Assembly (NCBI GenBank): GCA_965235115.1
Contig: OZ249439.1
Span: 13,454,001-13,518,000 of the forward strand
Direction of reading: 5' to 3'
DNA length: 64,000 bases
Source of the DNA: Laetmonice hystrix
Lineage: Eukaryota
The notes beneath the pieces are model-generated. The model searched no databases, was not told the origin of the DNA, and saw nothing but the letters and a program-made list of their open reading frames with translations. Of this stretch, positions 27,509-40,600 are shown piece after piece; position 1 is the stretch's first letter, and each line of letters begins with the position of its first letter. Position numbers and translations under genes: made by a program.

Positions 27509-30175
27509 GAACAATTGCTTCATCACAATGCCCACAGCCTTCCCCACAAACATGCAACGTATCGACTTGATGATATATTTCCACAAGAGGGACACAGCAG
27601 AGACAGGTAGCTGTCCTCAGGACGAAGACAGATGACGACAGATGGGAGCATTACGACCCTCTGGTCAACGACAACACGGGGATTGGAGCACGACTATAGA
27701 TCCAGTGTGGTAACACAATGTAACTGTCCGAAATGTTGGTGGCTGGCGAGGTGGACACGACTGCCGCTAGACGTCTCTCTAGTCGACTTCCAACAGATCG
27801 CAGCAACACGGGAAATGATATCACACTCACATTCCGTGAACTGCGACTTCGACGTTTCAGAGAGGTCCAATTGTTGATCCGACTTATTCTAAATACAAGG
27901 TGGATGTCTGAAGGGCATATATATTATATATCTCATTAAAACATCAATTTCCATTTGAGATTGTGATGAAAGACTGCGAAGGATGACCTGAGCCAGGTTG
28001 AAGTGACACCATTTCTTACGTAACTTGACCGGCAGCGCACATATACAGCGTTCGCCAACGTCGAGGACAAAAAGAGCCAGCCGGACCGGCCGCACTTTCT
28101 ACGCCAGCTTCCAAGCAAAAATGTAGAACAATCAGTTTTGTTGCGTGACACTCCCCTTATCTGAGAAAACTGACACTACTGTAGGGACACCCGCCCGCCC
28201 ACGGGAGGTGAGATGCCTGGGACAGAGGTGTTACCTCATAGCCCACCCCAGGAAAGTCAATTACATAAATCAACACAATTATATATCCTGTCTCATCGAA
28301 GTGACATCATTAGGAAGCCCACAGGGCCTTCTTCCAACCACTGGTCACAGGGACTTCAACTGTCAATATCAATATCCTCTATATCAAACTATTGTTTTTT
28401 TATGTCTTGCCGGTGATAAACGTGCTGATGAGATGTCAGGAGGTTGGGAGGGGGGGGGCCGCGTCGGGCCGCCAACTTTTACCGTCAGGTGGCGTGTATA
28501 GTAGTCAGTCTATTATTGCCCTGTTATAGCACAGAGACAGCATGGCGGCGTCTCGCCAGTAGCAATTCGAGCCGACCTTCACTGTGCCAATTTGCTGTTT
28601 CAACAGTGAAACTTATCGTTTCAATTAGCGGCTGTGTCCGGATCCACTGTTTCGTAGTTTCAGCAATGTTTTTTCTCCTTATTCTAAATTAGCAAGTAAT
28701 GTGTTGAAATCACACCATCGCATAAAAAGACTGTGACGTTGTGAAAAAAGACAAATCATGTAGCACTACCCATGTCCACATAGATTTTTACCTTTTATTA
28801 ACTATAATTATAAAAGAAATGGCACAACCAACTCGTTCGCTTTAATTGAATTTAAAATATGCCCGCGACATTCTGGTTTAAAGTGATACTTCAAGCACAT
28901 GCGCAACGCCATGGTGGACTCAATTTGACCAGCGAGGCCGACATGAAGCCACATGTTAGAGTCATGAAGCAAAGGACGTTTGCCAATCCCGTGGACCGAC
29001 ACCCTCACGTGGGTCCGGAGGCTGCCACCAGGTGACGCTTTGACTGTCATTGTCATATGATTCATAACGTCATCGGACACTGGCATGCGCCAAGGACGCC
29101 GCAATCCTTCACGCCAATTATAGGCCACATCAGAAATTTATATTTCTGGTAAAGCAGATTTTACGAAAATAAACAAATAAACATGGAGGGACACTGGAAT
29201 ATAATGCTGTCGCTAAAACTTTAACAACTGAGCCCCCTTAATATGTTATACGGTTATTCTAAAAAAAGAAAATTTCAGATGAAGTAATGACAGCGTTGAC
29301 GAGAAAGTGTACTACCATTTCTACCATTTTGCGTCGTTTAATGTGCTTGCACTCATGCAGTAGACACAAAGATGTGTTTCACCTTCATAGTTCTCAAGGT
29401 TAATTCCTTTAGACAATAGCGAAATCCTTCCGTCGGCACAATGCCAATGGTTTAATGATTTCTCGGCACGTTTCCGTTGGCAGTAATGGCCGACTTAAGA
29501 AATAATTGCTTTTAATTCTCAGGCGTTCTCAAGGTGCATACTTTTTATACAGTCGCCAATAAAAGGACGGGTGTCCCAGTGATCGGGTCATGTCAACACA
29601 ATGACAGCGGTGAGTCGGGGACGGATCCCGTCACATAAAACACCAACACAACGAACGTCTGTCGCATTGGTCAGGTCATCGTAATTTACAACACTCACCG
29701 GCCTTTTAACACGAGCACCTCCTGGATCTGTTAACCCTCACAACAGTCCATGGTGGCGAGCAGATCGTCAACCCCCTCATACAACTGGTAATACAACATC
29801 CCGTGAAGGCACCATGACGAGCCACCACATACCCCAGTATTCTCATGGTTGAAGACAAGCACAGCCACAGGAGTAACGCAGGGCCATGTCAAAGGTCAAC
29901 TCCCCACGTCTATATCATAGTGATTCAAACAGGATCCCCTCTCCAACCGTGTAGACGAAACGGAACACCCAATCCCGGCCTCTTACACCTGAATCCTGAA
30001 ATATCACCTGTACCCACCATCCCAGGACATAATGTCATTATTGACATGATTACCGTGGGAATACCTTATACCAGTACTCCATTACCCTCCCCGTGACGGT
30101 AACACCGCCATGGGAGGGGGTGGACACCCACGCCGATACCCGAACAATCAGTCAGACAAAGATCGACCAGACTAC

Positions 30176-30265
30176 ATCAATCATTCTCCTAACAACTGAT
30201 CATGCTAGTTGATCATGTCAATCAATCATTCTCCTAACAACTTATCATGCTAGTTGATCATGTCA
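30176..30265. repeat. 45-bp tandem duplication
   Basis: ATCAATCATTCTCCTAACAACT(G/T)ATCATGCTAGTTGATCATGTCA twice. Confidence 0.9.
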
Positions 30266-30639
30266 AGGAAACTGATAGAACTCTCTATTGATCTCCGTGC
30301 ACCGAGAAACCCTTGGACCGTGAACCGCGTGAACATGTACGTTCGACTTCCCAATCCAGACAGGAATACTGTTATATTTAAATCAACTTCAGCGAACCTT
30401 AACATTTCAAAGATTATCACAGTTATCTAATGTGTTCCAGCTGCTAAGAAATTAACAGCGAAACATGTGTTTCTCTGCGCCTGACACTGGTTAGGGGTTA
30501 GGGATGAGGCCAGGGCCATGGATCTTTACTTGGGGTGAGCGATAAACTGGTCAGTGCCATTACTCCCAGTCTCTCACCAATCGCTACACCTTCTCGTCCT
30601 GCGTGTAGACCGGTGTTGGCGACTCTATGTAAGCAGGCC

Positions 30640-31168
30640 GGACACTCGGCATGTCCCGGGTCATGACGACCTTGAGATGAGAGGTGTGACCGGAACACTC
30701 GGCATGTCCCGGGTCATGACGACCTTGAGATGAGAGGTGTGACCGGAACACTCGGCATGTCCCGGGTCATGACGACCTTGAGATGAGAGGTGTGACCGGA
30801 ACACTCGGCATGTCCCGGGTCATGACGACCTTGAGATGAGAGGTGTGACCGGAACACTCGGCATGTCCCGGGTCATGACGACCTTGAGATGAGAGGTGTG
30901 ACCGGAACACTCGGCATGTCCCGGGTCATGACGACCTTGAGATGAGAGATGTGACCGGAACACTCGGCATGTCCCGGGTCACGACGACCTTGAGATGAGA
31001 GGTGTGACCGGAACACTCGGCATGTCCCGGGTCACGACGACCTTGAGATGAGAGGTGTGACCGGAACACTCGGCATGTCCCGGGTCATGACGACCTTGAG
31101 ATGAGAGGTGTGACCGGAACACTCGGCATGTCCCGGGTCACGACGACCTTGAGATGAGAGGTGTGACC
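30640..31168. repeat. Minisatellite, 53-bp unit x10, almost invariant
   Basis: Unit GGAACACTCGGCATGTCCCGGGTCATGACGACCTTGAGATGAGAGGTGTGACC at 30692, 30745 ... 31116. The first unit lacks one base; other variants are a T>C in units 7, 8 and 10 and a G>A in unit 6. Confidence 0.97.
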
Positions 31169-31298
31169 TGAAGGACGTGTGCGGGTGAAGGTCCACTTCC
31201 CGACACCTGTCCACACACCCTTGTCACTGCTTCTCTAGGTGATGCTTGTCACTTGTCAGGCGAAGGGACGTCTCCGAATTGTAAATGATAGAGAGGCC

Positions 31299-31585
31299 GT
31301 GTTCAGCCCTCAGCGGTACCATGTTCAGCCCTCAGTGGTACCATGTTCAGCCCTCAGTGGTACCATGTTGAGCCCTCAGTGGCACCATGTTCAGCCCTCA
31401 GTGGTATCATGTTCAGCCCTCAGTGGTACCATGTTCATCCCTCAGTGGTACCATGTTCAGCCAGGAGTACCGTGTTCAGCCCCATCCGGTATTCAGCCCT
31501 CAGTGCCCCGTGGTATCCTGTTCAGCCACTAGTACCGTGTTCAGCCCCCGTCCGGTGTTCAGCCCCCGTCCGGTGTTCAGCCCTT
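31299..31585. repeat. Minisatellite, 22-bp unit, about 7 good copies then degenerate
   Basis: Unit ATGTTCAGCCCTCAGTGGTACC at 31321, 31343 ...; decays into GTGTTCAGCCCCCGTCCG variants. Confidence 0.9.
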
Positions 31586-34500
31586 AGCGACCCCCGTCAT
31601 CGCCCCGGCTCCAGCATGACTCGTTACGCCGGCACACTGTGACGCTTGGCGCGGAGGGATGTCGCCATGGGGCCCACACAATCTGATTGTCTCTTGATTG
31701 TGTTTCCGTTCTTACTGACGCCACCGTCTCCCTCTCCTGGGGACTCAACCCTGTGATCACCCACCACAACCCGGGCCTCACAATCCCTCAGGTGTTCTCT
31801 GTCGGCCTATTGTGTTACCTTTCCCTACAGAGGTTAACGCCCCAAACGACGCACACTGATTCCTCCACCGTCTCACAGCTGTTAGCCTAAAGAGCAACCA
31901 CTGGTTTCAATGCCCGTGGACATCAGTGTCCCCGGCGGCCGGCGGGCGGGAAGCAGAGCTGATTACAGCTGACCTCAGTCACCGAGCCAACCTGCTGCTG
32001 AACCAAGTGGGCCCCTGGCATTAGGTGGCGCTCAGCTTCTATAGCGCCACCACGACGGTGGCAATCACAAGATTGCTTCGGTAATTCTGATCTCGGATTG
32101 CGCCATGACAATCTCGTCAGGCTGGCTGAAGTCTGGGGCCTGAGGAGGCACTGCCTCACCGTCTGCCTGTCTGCCGTGACCGGGGTAGCTGTAGTATTGA
32201 CCACGGCTCGAGGCACTGACCAGACCCGACGACCGGGGCAGGCGGGCGGGTCCAGCCGGTCGGCGGGGCGGGGGGGGGGGACCGTCTCCCTGCCTCGAAT
32301 CGACCACCGGAAAGATGCAGCCAACCTTGATAACTGTTGAATGAAATCACACCGCCACACCGACAGCAACCAAGGTCTGAATCCCTCCAGGGGGACAGCC
32401 AACTGTCCTCCTACAGCAAGACACCTGTTCACCACACGGTCCCTTCACATTCACTCCTCGCAGCCGTATCGGCACTGACAGTATTGCAATCAGTAGTACA
32501 GACATTGCCTCTTTTAGCCCTCAGCTCGAAAGGCATTGATCTTGTTGCTTTCAGTTGTAAAGGCATTTGCTGTGATGCTCTTATCTCTCTTGCACTTGCT
32601 TTAAGCATTGCGGCATGATCCAAACAGCCAATGCGTGCATTGCCCTGAGCTATACAAGAATTGGCTATATTGTTCTTGGATACAATGTACATGTATATGG
32701 GCATAGATTGTTTTTACTTTACTTGAAAAGGCATTGGCAAGATGGCTCTCATCCCGTGCGTACTGGCTGTCGTGTGCCCAACTCTACAGTACCTTGGAGA
32801 CCACTCATCTCTACCCCGCACGTTGCTTTTATTGCCCTCCACTATAAGCTAAAAGCATGCTAACAGTGCCATGAAGTACGGGGAACCAGCGGTGACAGAC
32901 TTAAATCAGTACGGAAGGGTTCCGGATCAAGTGCCATACGGCGAGTGTTGAGAATGGTGCTCATACCGAGGCCATCAAACCAAGGCCGGGGGCGGTGGTG
33001 GGTGGAAGTGTTCAGTCAGCCCAGGTACACCTAATGGCCCTTACATCCTTAACGTCCATTCTCTCCCACCTCTAACGACCTCCATGACCCATAACAGCTC
33101 TCATGACCAATCGACCCGCCATGCTGCATCAGTGATGATCAGAGAGCATTCATTCAGCCTCCTCCATTACTCCTGCCCAAGGTACTTCCTTATTTGTCGA
33201 CTTCTATTACCGTGTCTCGCATCCCAATTGATGCTGGTCTCGGTCCTGGTACCTGCACAACTAGCGGAAGGTGGAGTTCTACATTGACCGACACCATTAG
33301 CTGCCTGCAATGTTAATGAAGCCATTTTATTCACGGACCATTTCTTCCAGGTTTCTACAGTCATCCCGGCCAGCCACAAAAACGTCCACGAACTCTGATC
33401 TCCTTAATGTGTGGGTCTGGACGCCGGGCGGCGGTATCCGTGACAAGGTAATCTCCGACCTGTCCTCAGGGGGTTTATATACATCCCAACAGGACAGACC
33501 GACAATGAACAAGTCGTGCCCCGATCTGCAGCCATCTGAGAACGGGCAACCCACTGCCCCTCCACCAATCTCTCGATGCTCAACCTCGGTTCTCAGTGCA
33601 TAACAAACTATTCATGAGTGGTGGATATGGCAAAGAGGAGGATTTTTTTATTCTTTCCCGTGGTAGAACATCCTGTTCTTGGCCCCGCCCAGGTAGACTA
33701 GCTCTCCGCTGCAGTCTGTGTGCAGACTTGACCCCCTGATTACGGCGACTTTACAGACCCAGACCCTGTCCTCATGGGGAACCTGAATATAACAAACATC
33801 CATCCGCAGAGAGAACAAGATTTCTGTATATGGCTTGCCCGACCTCCTGATGGATTACCAATGCCGCCTTGGCCATGAGCAGTCGGTCGGCCCCCAGTGA
33901 AGGATATCCCTACTATTGGAGCCCATTCGTCCTCTGTAAGCTGAAGATCCCTGGAGAGACCGCCCTAAACCATGCTCCGGTGAACATACATCCCAATGTG
34001 TCGAGACCGATGGCCAGTAGTCAGTTTATCTTGTCTACTAAGTAACCATGGTAAGGAAGGATTCCTTTTTTGAACCCGGAACAGTTCCCATGGGGCGGGA
34101 GCAGGGAACAGTCTCGGAAATTGACCATTCTATCCCAAAGATGCACATCTATCTCGGTACGCTAAAACCTTTTCTGTCACTCTATACATGTATGAGATAC
34201 AGTCAATAAAAGCAATACATGCTTCGGGCAAGCAGCGATTTAAATAACGAAAAGTCAACTTAGATAGTCCCCAGTATCCAAATAAAGACTATAAATTAGA
34301 GAACCGAACATTAGAAGGTAGAATACCCCATGCTAAGGGTATGTCGGGAAGAAAGAAAGTACCCTGTCCCTAACCCCCGAATTCGCGGGGACGTTACCAT
34401 GGGATGGTGCGGGCGGGGAGGGGTGAGGTCACGACAGGCAGTAAGTATATGGTCGGCTGACCGTACGAGGTCGGCAGTAGATACCTGGCTGATACCAACA

Positions 34501-34625
34501 ATACTACGAGCACATCATTGTGACCTCTGCTGACCCCGGAGTTAGTATTCGTATTGATATACTCCACACCTAACTCCAGCGTAAGACCTTCATGTTCAGC
34601 CTCCCTCCTCCAGGGTTTCACTCAT

Positions 34626-35052
34626 TGACCACACCACTGGACACGTGGGCACTGACTGACCACACCACTGGACACGTGGGCACTGACTGACCACACCACT
34701 GGACACGTGGGCACTGACTGACCACACCACTGGACACGTGGGCACTGACTGACCACGCCAATGGGCACGTGGGCACTGACTGACCACACCACGTGGGCAC
34801 TGACTGACCACGCCAATGGACACGTGGGTACTGACTGACCACGCCACTGGGCACGTGAGCACTGGGCACGTTCTGACTGACCACACCACTGGACACGTGG
34901 GCACTTACTGACCACACCACGTGGGCGCTGACTGACCACACCACTGGGCACGTGAGCACTGGGCACGTTCTGACCAACATTGTTCTGACTGACCACACCA
35001 CTGGGCACGTTCTGACCAACATTGTTCTGACTGACCACACCACTGGGCACGT
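34626..35052. repeat. Minisatellite, about 31-bp unit, containing 12 CACGTG E-boxes
   Basis: Unit ACTGACTGACCACACCACTGGACACGTGGGC; internal deletions and rearrangements toward the right end. Confidence 0.92.
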
Positions 35053-36202
35053 GTTAGCGGCCAGTCACACGGACCAGGTGGGGGGGGGAGGTCATCCTGA
35101 CTCGGACGGAGTGTCCAGTTCGTCCACCAACCCGACCTGCGGCACGCTCAGACAACCTCACACTATATTAACCATTCATGGCCCCGACCAACACGCAGGA
35201 CCCTCAATGCCTGCCGACCGGACTAATCCCACACCCACGGTCCGAACCTTTGGCCCTCAGCCGTCCACCAGGGAGACAGACTCATTTTCTGCTTGACCAG
35301 CACCGACGCCATAGCGACCCGCCGGTAGTCGACGGACGTGATCAACTGGTCGGTCACATCCCCGTGGCAGTGGTCAAGCAGCGGTTGACCAGACGAGGTG
35401 GGCAGTGAGGGTAGTTAGTTGAGCACCTGTGGTACGGTGTCGGTGGTTTACACAGAGCGACAGGTCGCCGGTTAACGACGTGACATGTTCATCCGAGTAC
35501 CCGTCACCTTTTATTTACCGTACGACCTGAACCCGCCTCTCACGACGGGTTGGCAGCCGTGGTCAACAGTAGACCCCTGGACACGGCCCGGCTGGCACGG
35601 GCACACTCCTACCATTGACCATCTCACTCGGTCTTGGTATCACAAACAGCCTCGACCGAGCACAGAGAGCCACAAACCACCCCGGGTCACATAATGCCCT
35701 AATACAAGGTCTCTCTCCCGGCTCCCTATCGGTGCACATCTTCCGACACCACCCTCGTTTACTGACCCTTGACATTGACTGACCCTCATCATGACCTACA
35801 TGACATCCGGTTTAGTTAGACAGTTATCGATAGCACGTCCATCATGTTCTTTTATACACAACAATAATCTAGCCGGCCTCAGTAACTCATTCACTGTGTG
35901 TCACTGTGGCTCAGTTTACAAACACTTCCAGCCTCCACCTCAATATGGTCACGTGACATTCCTTCCTGCTCCGTTTTCAGCAGTCTCAGCAGTAAGTTTG
36001 GGTGGTGTCCGAGCGATAGTTCAGCCAGGGCTGTCCTAGTCACTAGGGCTGGCCTAGAGGACCACATGCGATCATTCTATCACATTGGCCAGTTTGGCGC
36101 CAGTGTCGTAAAACCTAAGATGCCTATTAAAATAACGGTGAGTTAGTCCCTTGATATAATAGTTTACTCTAACCAACGAGTATAGATGCTCTAACAATCC
36201 GG

Positions 36203-37620
36203 TTATTACTGTAAAGGCCAATGGTTTCTTTCTTTCTTCCTTTCTTTCTTTCTTCCTGCAGTTAGACTATGGTCATATTTCGGATATCTCTGAAGGTATC
36301 GTGATGAAACTTGCAGGGAACATGCACTAATCATGAACTGATCAGGTATTGACTGATTACGTCATGTGACGTAACGTCACTGCTTCAACGAGATAGGAAT
36401 CATGTATTGATGGTCACTAGATGTGTGCCGCTATTAAAGATTGGTCACGTTGCATAATTATTTTTCATAAATTTACCAATAAGCTTTTATTTATGATGAA
36501 ATATGGAATCTGACTTTGACACACTGTATCTTGAAACGTGTTTAAGCCGTCTTCTTGAAGTGTGATGTGTGTGAGGTAGAATTCCTCTGGGTTAGTTAGA
36601 CTAATCCGCCAGGCGGCGCTGTCGTCTGGTAGTTGTTGAATGTTCCGCCGGAGGGAGCTAAGGTGGTAGGACCTTCCGGTACACTAGCACTAACATTGGA
36701 GGTTCCGGTTTTCTCAGTGAGAGCAGAAAGTTGCAAATCAAACCGTATTTGTCATCATTGTGTAACTGTGAGGATTCATTAAACTGTTAAAATTAAATTC
36801 TGGTGTTTGTCATCTACTGCCGTTGGCCACATAACAGAAGTTACAAGAGAACTCTTGGCCAGCTGTGCACTATTGGTTCAGTGAGAGCCAGCAGGTTGGT
36901 GTGGATGGTTCCACAGTTGGCTGAATCATAGGACAGTCAAATTAAAGTGGAGAAAAATGTAGGTAATGATAGAAAACCATTGGGGAAATGGGATCCTACC
37001 TGTATTTGGCAATCAGAGTTTCTAGTTGGACATTGGGCACGGTCAACAAAGTCCACTTCTCTATATGAGGTAACCTTCTACAGTTAATCCACCGGATGGA
37101 ATGTCATTCGTTCAAAATATGGATAAAACATCTCCGTTCTGACAACATCTGCGATTAATCCCTGAAAGCCATCACTCTGTGGTGCGTCCTTTTCTCATAT
37201 CTGATCAATATTTTTGCCATCTCCAGCTTTCTCTAAATACAAACGTATCAGCCTTTTTAACCTTGGGCGTGTGATTCCAACCTTCTGTAGCCAAAGATTA
37301 TCTGTCCCTATCAATTATCCACGAGCACTTTCCTTTTTCCCCTGGCGTATCCTGCCTTCCCTAATTTGTTTGTCGTGTTTATGAGTGGGAGTTCTAGTTA
37401 TACGGTTTCTGTGTAAAAACACTTACACTGCAAACAAAGGCCCTCGCTGCAATCCTTTTCTTCATAATATACCTATCCTTCCTTAAGTTACAAACTTAAA
37501 TCCTTCAATCAAAATGTTTTAATACGGTAATTGTTGGACTTGTAAGTACACAAAGCCGTATCGACAGCAGTTTGGCGGGATCTCTGTATATACAATGTAT
37601 ATACAGAGATCCCTCTAATT
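36203..37620 (+). mobile_element. Probable non-autonomous Helentron-type (HINE/DINE-1-like) element
   Basis: 5' TTATTA followed by a (TTTC)n tract (36225-36257) and an ...ATATCTC...ATGAAACTTG... segment. The 3' end reads TTTGGCGG, then a 37-bp palindrome (37577-37613), then TCTAATT, resembling the subTIR/hairpin/CTAR-TT layout. The matching 5' subTIR is not evident, so joining both ends into one element is inference. Confidence 0.45.
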
Positions 37621-40600
37621 ACTAAGCGGGACTCGCTCGGTATAGAGGTTTACTATAGCAGTCGGATAAAGCAATACTCTATTCAAACATGTAATGAAAA
37701 CAAAGAAACTAATAAAACAGCTGTAATGAAAGTCACATAAGAATCTCTTGGTCAGACGTTCAGCCTGGGTCAGTATCCATGTCGGGCGTGGAGGACATTC
37801 ACATGTATACGTATATTGTCTTAGTATGTCGTCCATGATTTGTCCCAACCGTCTCGTGAGCTGTCTGCTGTCTGTATAGTCACTGTCAGCACTGACACTA
37901 ATGGGTCTCTAATCCAAGAGGATTAAATGTCTCACAAACAACTGTATAAAACATTCCATTCCATGTAAAGTTGATACTGGTGATCTATTGTCAAAGGACG
38001 AGAGACTGTCTCCTCAGAATTATAGATAGTCTTGCTCTCAGAACAAAGATTGGCTTGTTATTCTTAACAGGCGCTGCTCGCCGTGACGAGAGATGCCGGG
38101 TCCTCTCTCGGACACGGCGGGCCGAGAGACCCACAGGTTACCGGGAAAGACAGATGCTGGCCGCCCACCCGCAATGGTTCTGTACATGACCCCCACTCGT
38201 CCAACCATTGTTTGACCGCTTCATGTCCTCCGATTATTGTCACGTCTCCAAGGTCATGGTCTCCGTGTGCCAAACGTGACGTGTGTGACCGCCTGCGGCA
38301 CACAAACCGACCGACCGACTGTCCTCACTGATCGCCATCCGTCCGCCCCACCGGACAGCCGCACGGAGTGTACAGCCAAATACAGACCCCGTCCCATTCA
38401 CTAACATAATATACTCTACTCACTGCTACCTGTTATCGATGCCAAAAGTAGCGTCCCATAATGTACTATCTCTTGCAGAAAAACAACAGAAAGTATCAAA
38501 ACGACACAACTACTTCATACAGGATTGAGAAGTCGAGGGGTGCGCGACCACTTTGCAACCACCTAAATATTCAACTCGCCCTTTTCGCAGTTGCAGTCAA
38601 ACATGTAGAATTGATGAAACCGAGGCCGACCTGACACAGACCTAGAATCGTGAAGCAGGTTCTATTCCCCATTGCCCCCTTTTAATAATGAAGGTGGGCC
38701 AAGGTTAGGCAGGTTAACAGCCACCTAATACTGGCTACGCTATCTGTCAGGTTTTGGGTCATTACTGTCGAGCTGCCCCATCTCCTGAACCGTCTGGCTT
38801 GTATGATGGCCAATTCCCAACTGACTCATTTATGCTAGAAAAGTACCAGTAAAAGCTCTCATAAATTTATACAAAATTATCCAAATCCAAGTTTACGGCC
38901 TAATATGTCTCAATAATCGACCGTGCGAAGGCCTGTCCCTTTAACTATTATCTACACAGAAATACTGGCCATGCATTTGACCTTATCCCGAACCTGGCCG
39001 GCCTGATACCTTATGTTTATACGACCTTGCAAACACTGATTTGTGACCATTTGTTTACAACCTTGTCCTGCTCTAACCTTTATATACTTTACGATACTCA
39101 CTGAAACCAACTGATTTATGACCCAACTGCCGGATGATAGCTGGCCTCTTATCGCACCACTTTGATGTATTGCTCTATAAATTCAGGAACACTTTCCCTG
39201 ATCCTGAGTCTCTCCACCAACCACTAACTGCATTCTGATTGGACGGCTAGGGCCATGGGTTGACCTCCAGAGGTCACACTCTGGGACACGGGACTGACCG
39301 CTTTGTCGAGCTGTCACAATGTATAATAATACGGAACTGTCCGGTGGGGAGATCAAGTATAGATCAGGGAAGGTTTACTACCTGCAATCCTGGGGCGTCT
39401 GCTACAATTCTACTGTGTTTGTCTCGTTGGTTTGTCATTGTGACTGTAAGACCTGAGCGGGGTAATCACCCCCAGCCGTACCCCTCACCCACACCCAACC
39501 AGTCCGTCAGGGTAATAACGCATCATGCAGGGGGTTTGACCAGACGTCGGGGGGGGGGCGGTGCGAAATCAGCTCCACCTGATTGATGTCACAGAGAAAA
39601 CTGTACACAGAGATCATAGCCAACCAACTCTCATTACGACAGGCCCCACCAATCAAGACTTTGAGCACTACTGCTGCTCGGCCGACTGACTGGCCATTCC
39701 TAATGGTGCCAGATTCCTTCAACCACCGCTTACAAACGATCGATGAATAGTGGCTGGAGCCACAACAATTCAATACTGACGGCCCAACAGGTTAATGACT
39801 CTCTGTGCCGCCTCTCAAAAAAAGGTCCACAAAGTGTGATCGGAATACCCCTTCTCCCGGCGCTTGGTGCGGTATACTGGACTTTATGGCTCCACCAGCC
39901 AGTCCCTCCAATCGCCGGCCCAGACCGTGCCATGACAACACATGAAAAACGTCACGGCACTGTGGCAGGGAGAACAATTCATTAACACTGGGCCCTGACT
40001 CCATCAGTCGGCGGCAGACGCCAGTCAAGCTGAAGATATCGGGGCAGCCTGGGGGTTAGTGGAATCACCTCAGCTGAGAGAGCAGACTGCTGAGACGATG
40101 AGCAGAGTGAGACGTCTTGTCATCCCCGGGAGGTGTGCTGCTAATGTACATCCCATCTACGTCAAGGCCTCCCCTTTATTGTCACCAAACAACTCCTAAT
40201 GCCAGCAAGTTTTGTCTGAGATGACTGTGTCTTCTCACTGCATCCTTTAATAGTATACTCGCAATGATTTACTTCACAGGGTATACTGCAATTCGTGTGT
40301 GTCAGTCTGCATTCAAATCAAGAGATTACACGAATCATAAGCGACATAAACACTACGATACTATATAGCAACCTAGGTTTGTTTTGACTTTACGCTGGAC
40401 ATAATCCGTACGTGTTGCAATGGATTATTTCTCATGGTTATATATTGACTATTTACGTTGTGAAGGGTAGGGATAGGCGCACACTGTGCCCTTGGTGAAT
40501 TTCACCCCGTTACCGAGGGGTTGCTACAAATGGGTCAGTCTCCGAGCTTTGACGTCCTTAAATACGATTGACCACTCGATTGCCTGGTATCCGTCAGCTC

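Noticed and set aside
34596-35050. Several Cys/Trp/Val-rich repeat ORFs (also at 31239-31642 and 51790-52054)
   Set aside because: Translations of non-triplet minisatellites that cycle through frames.
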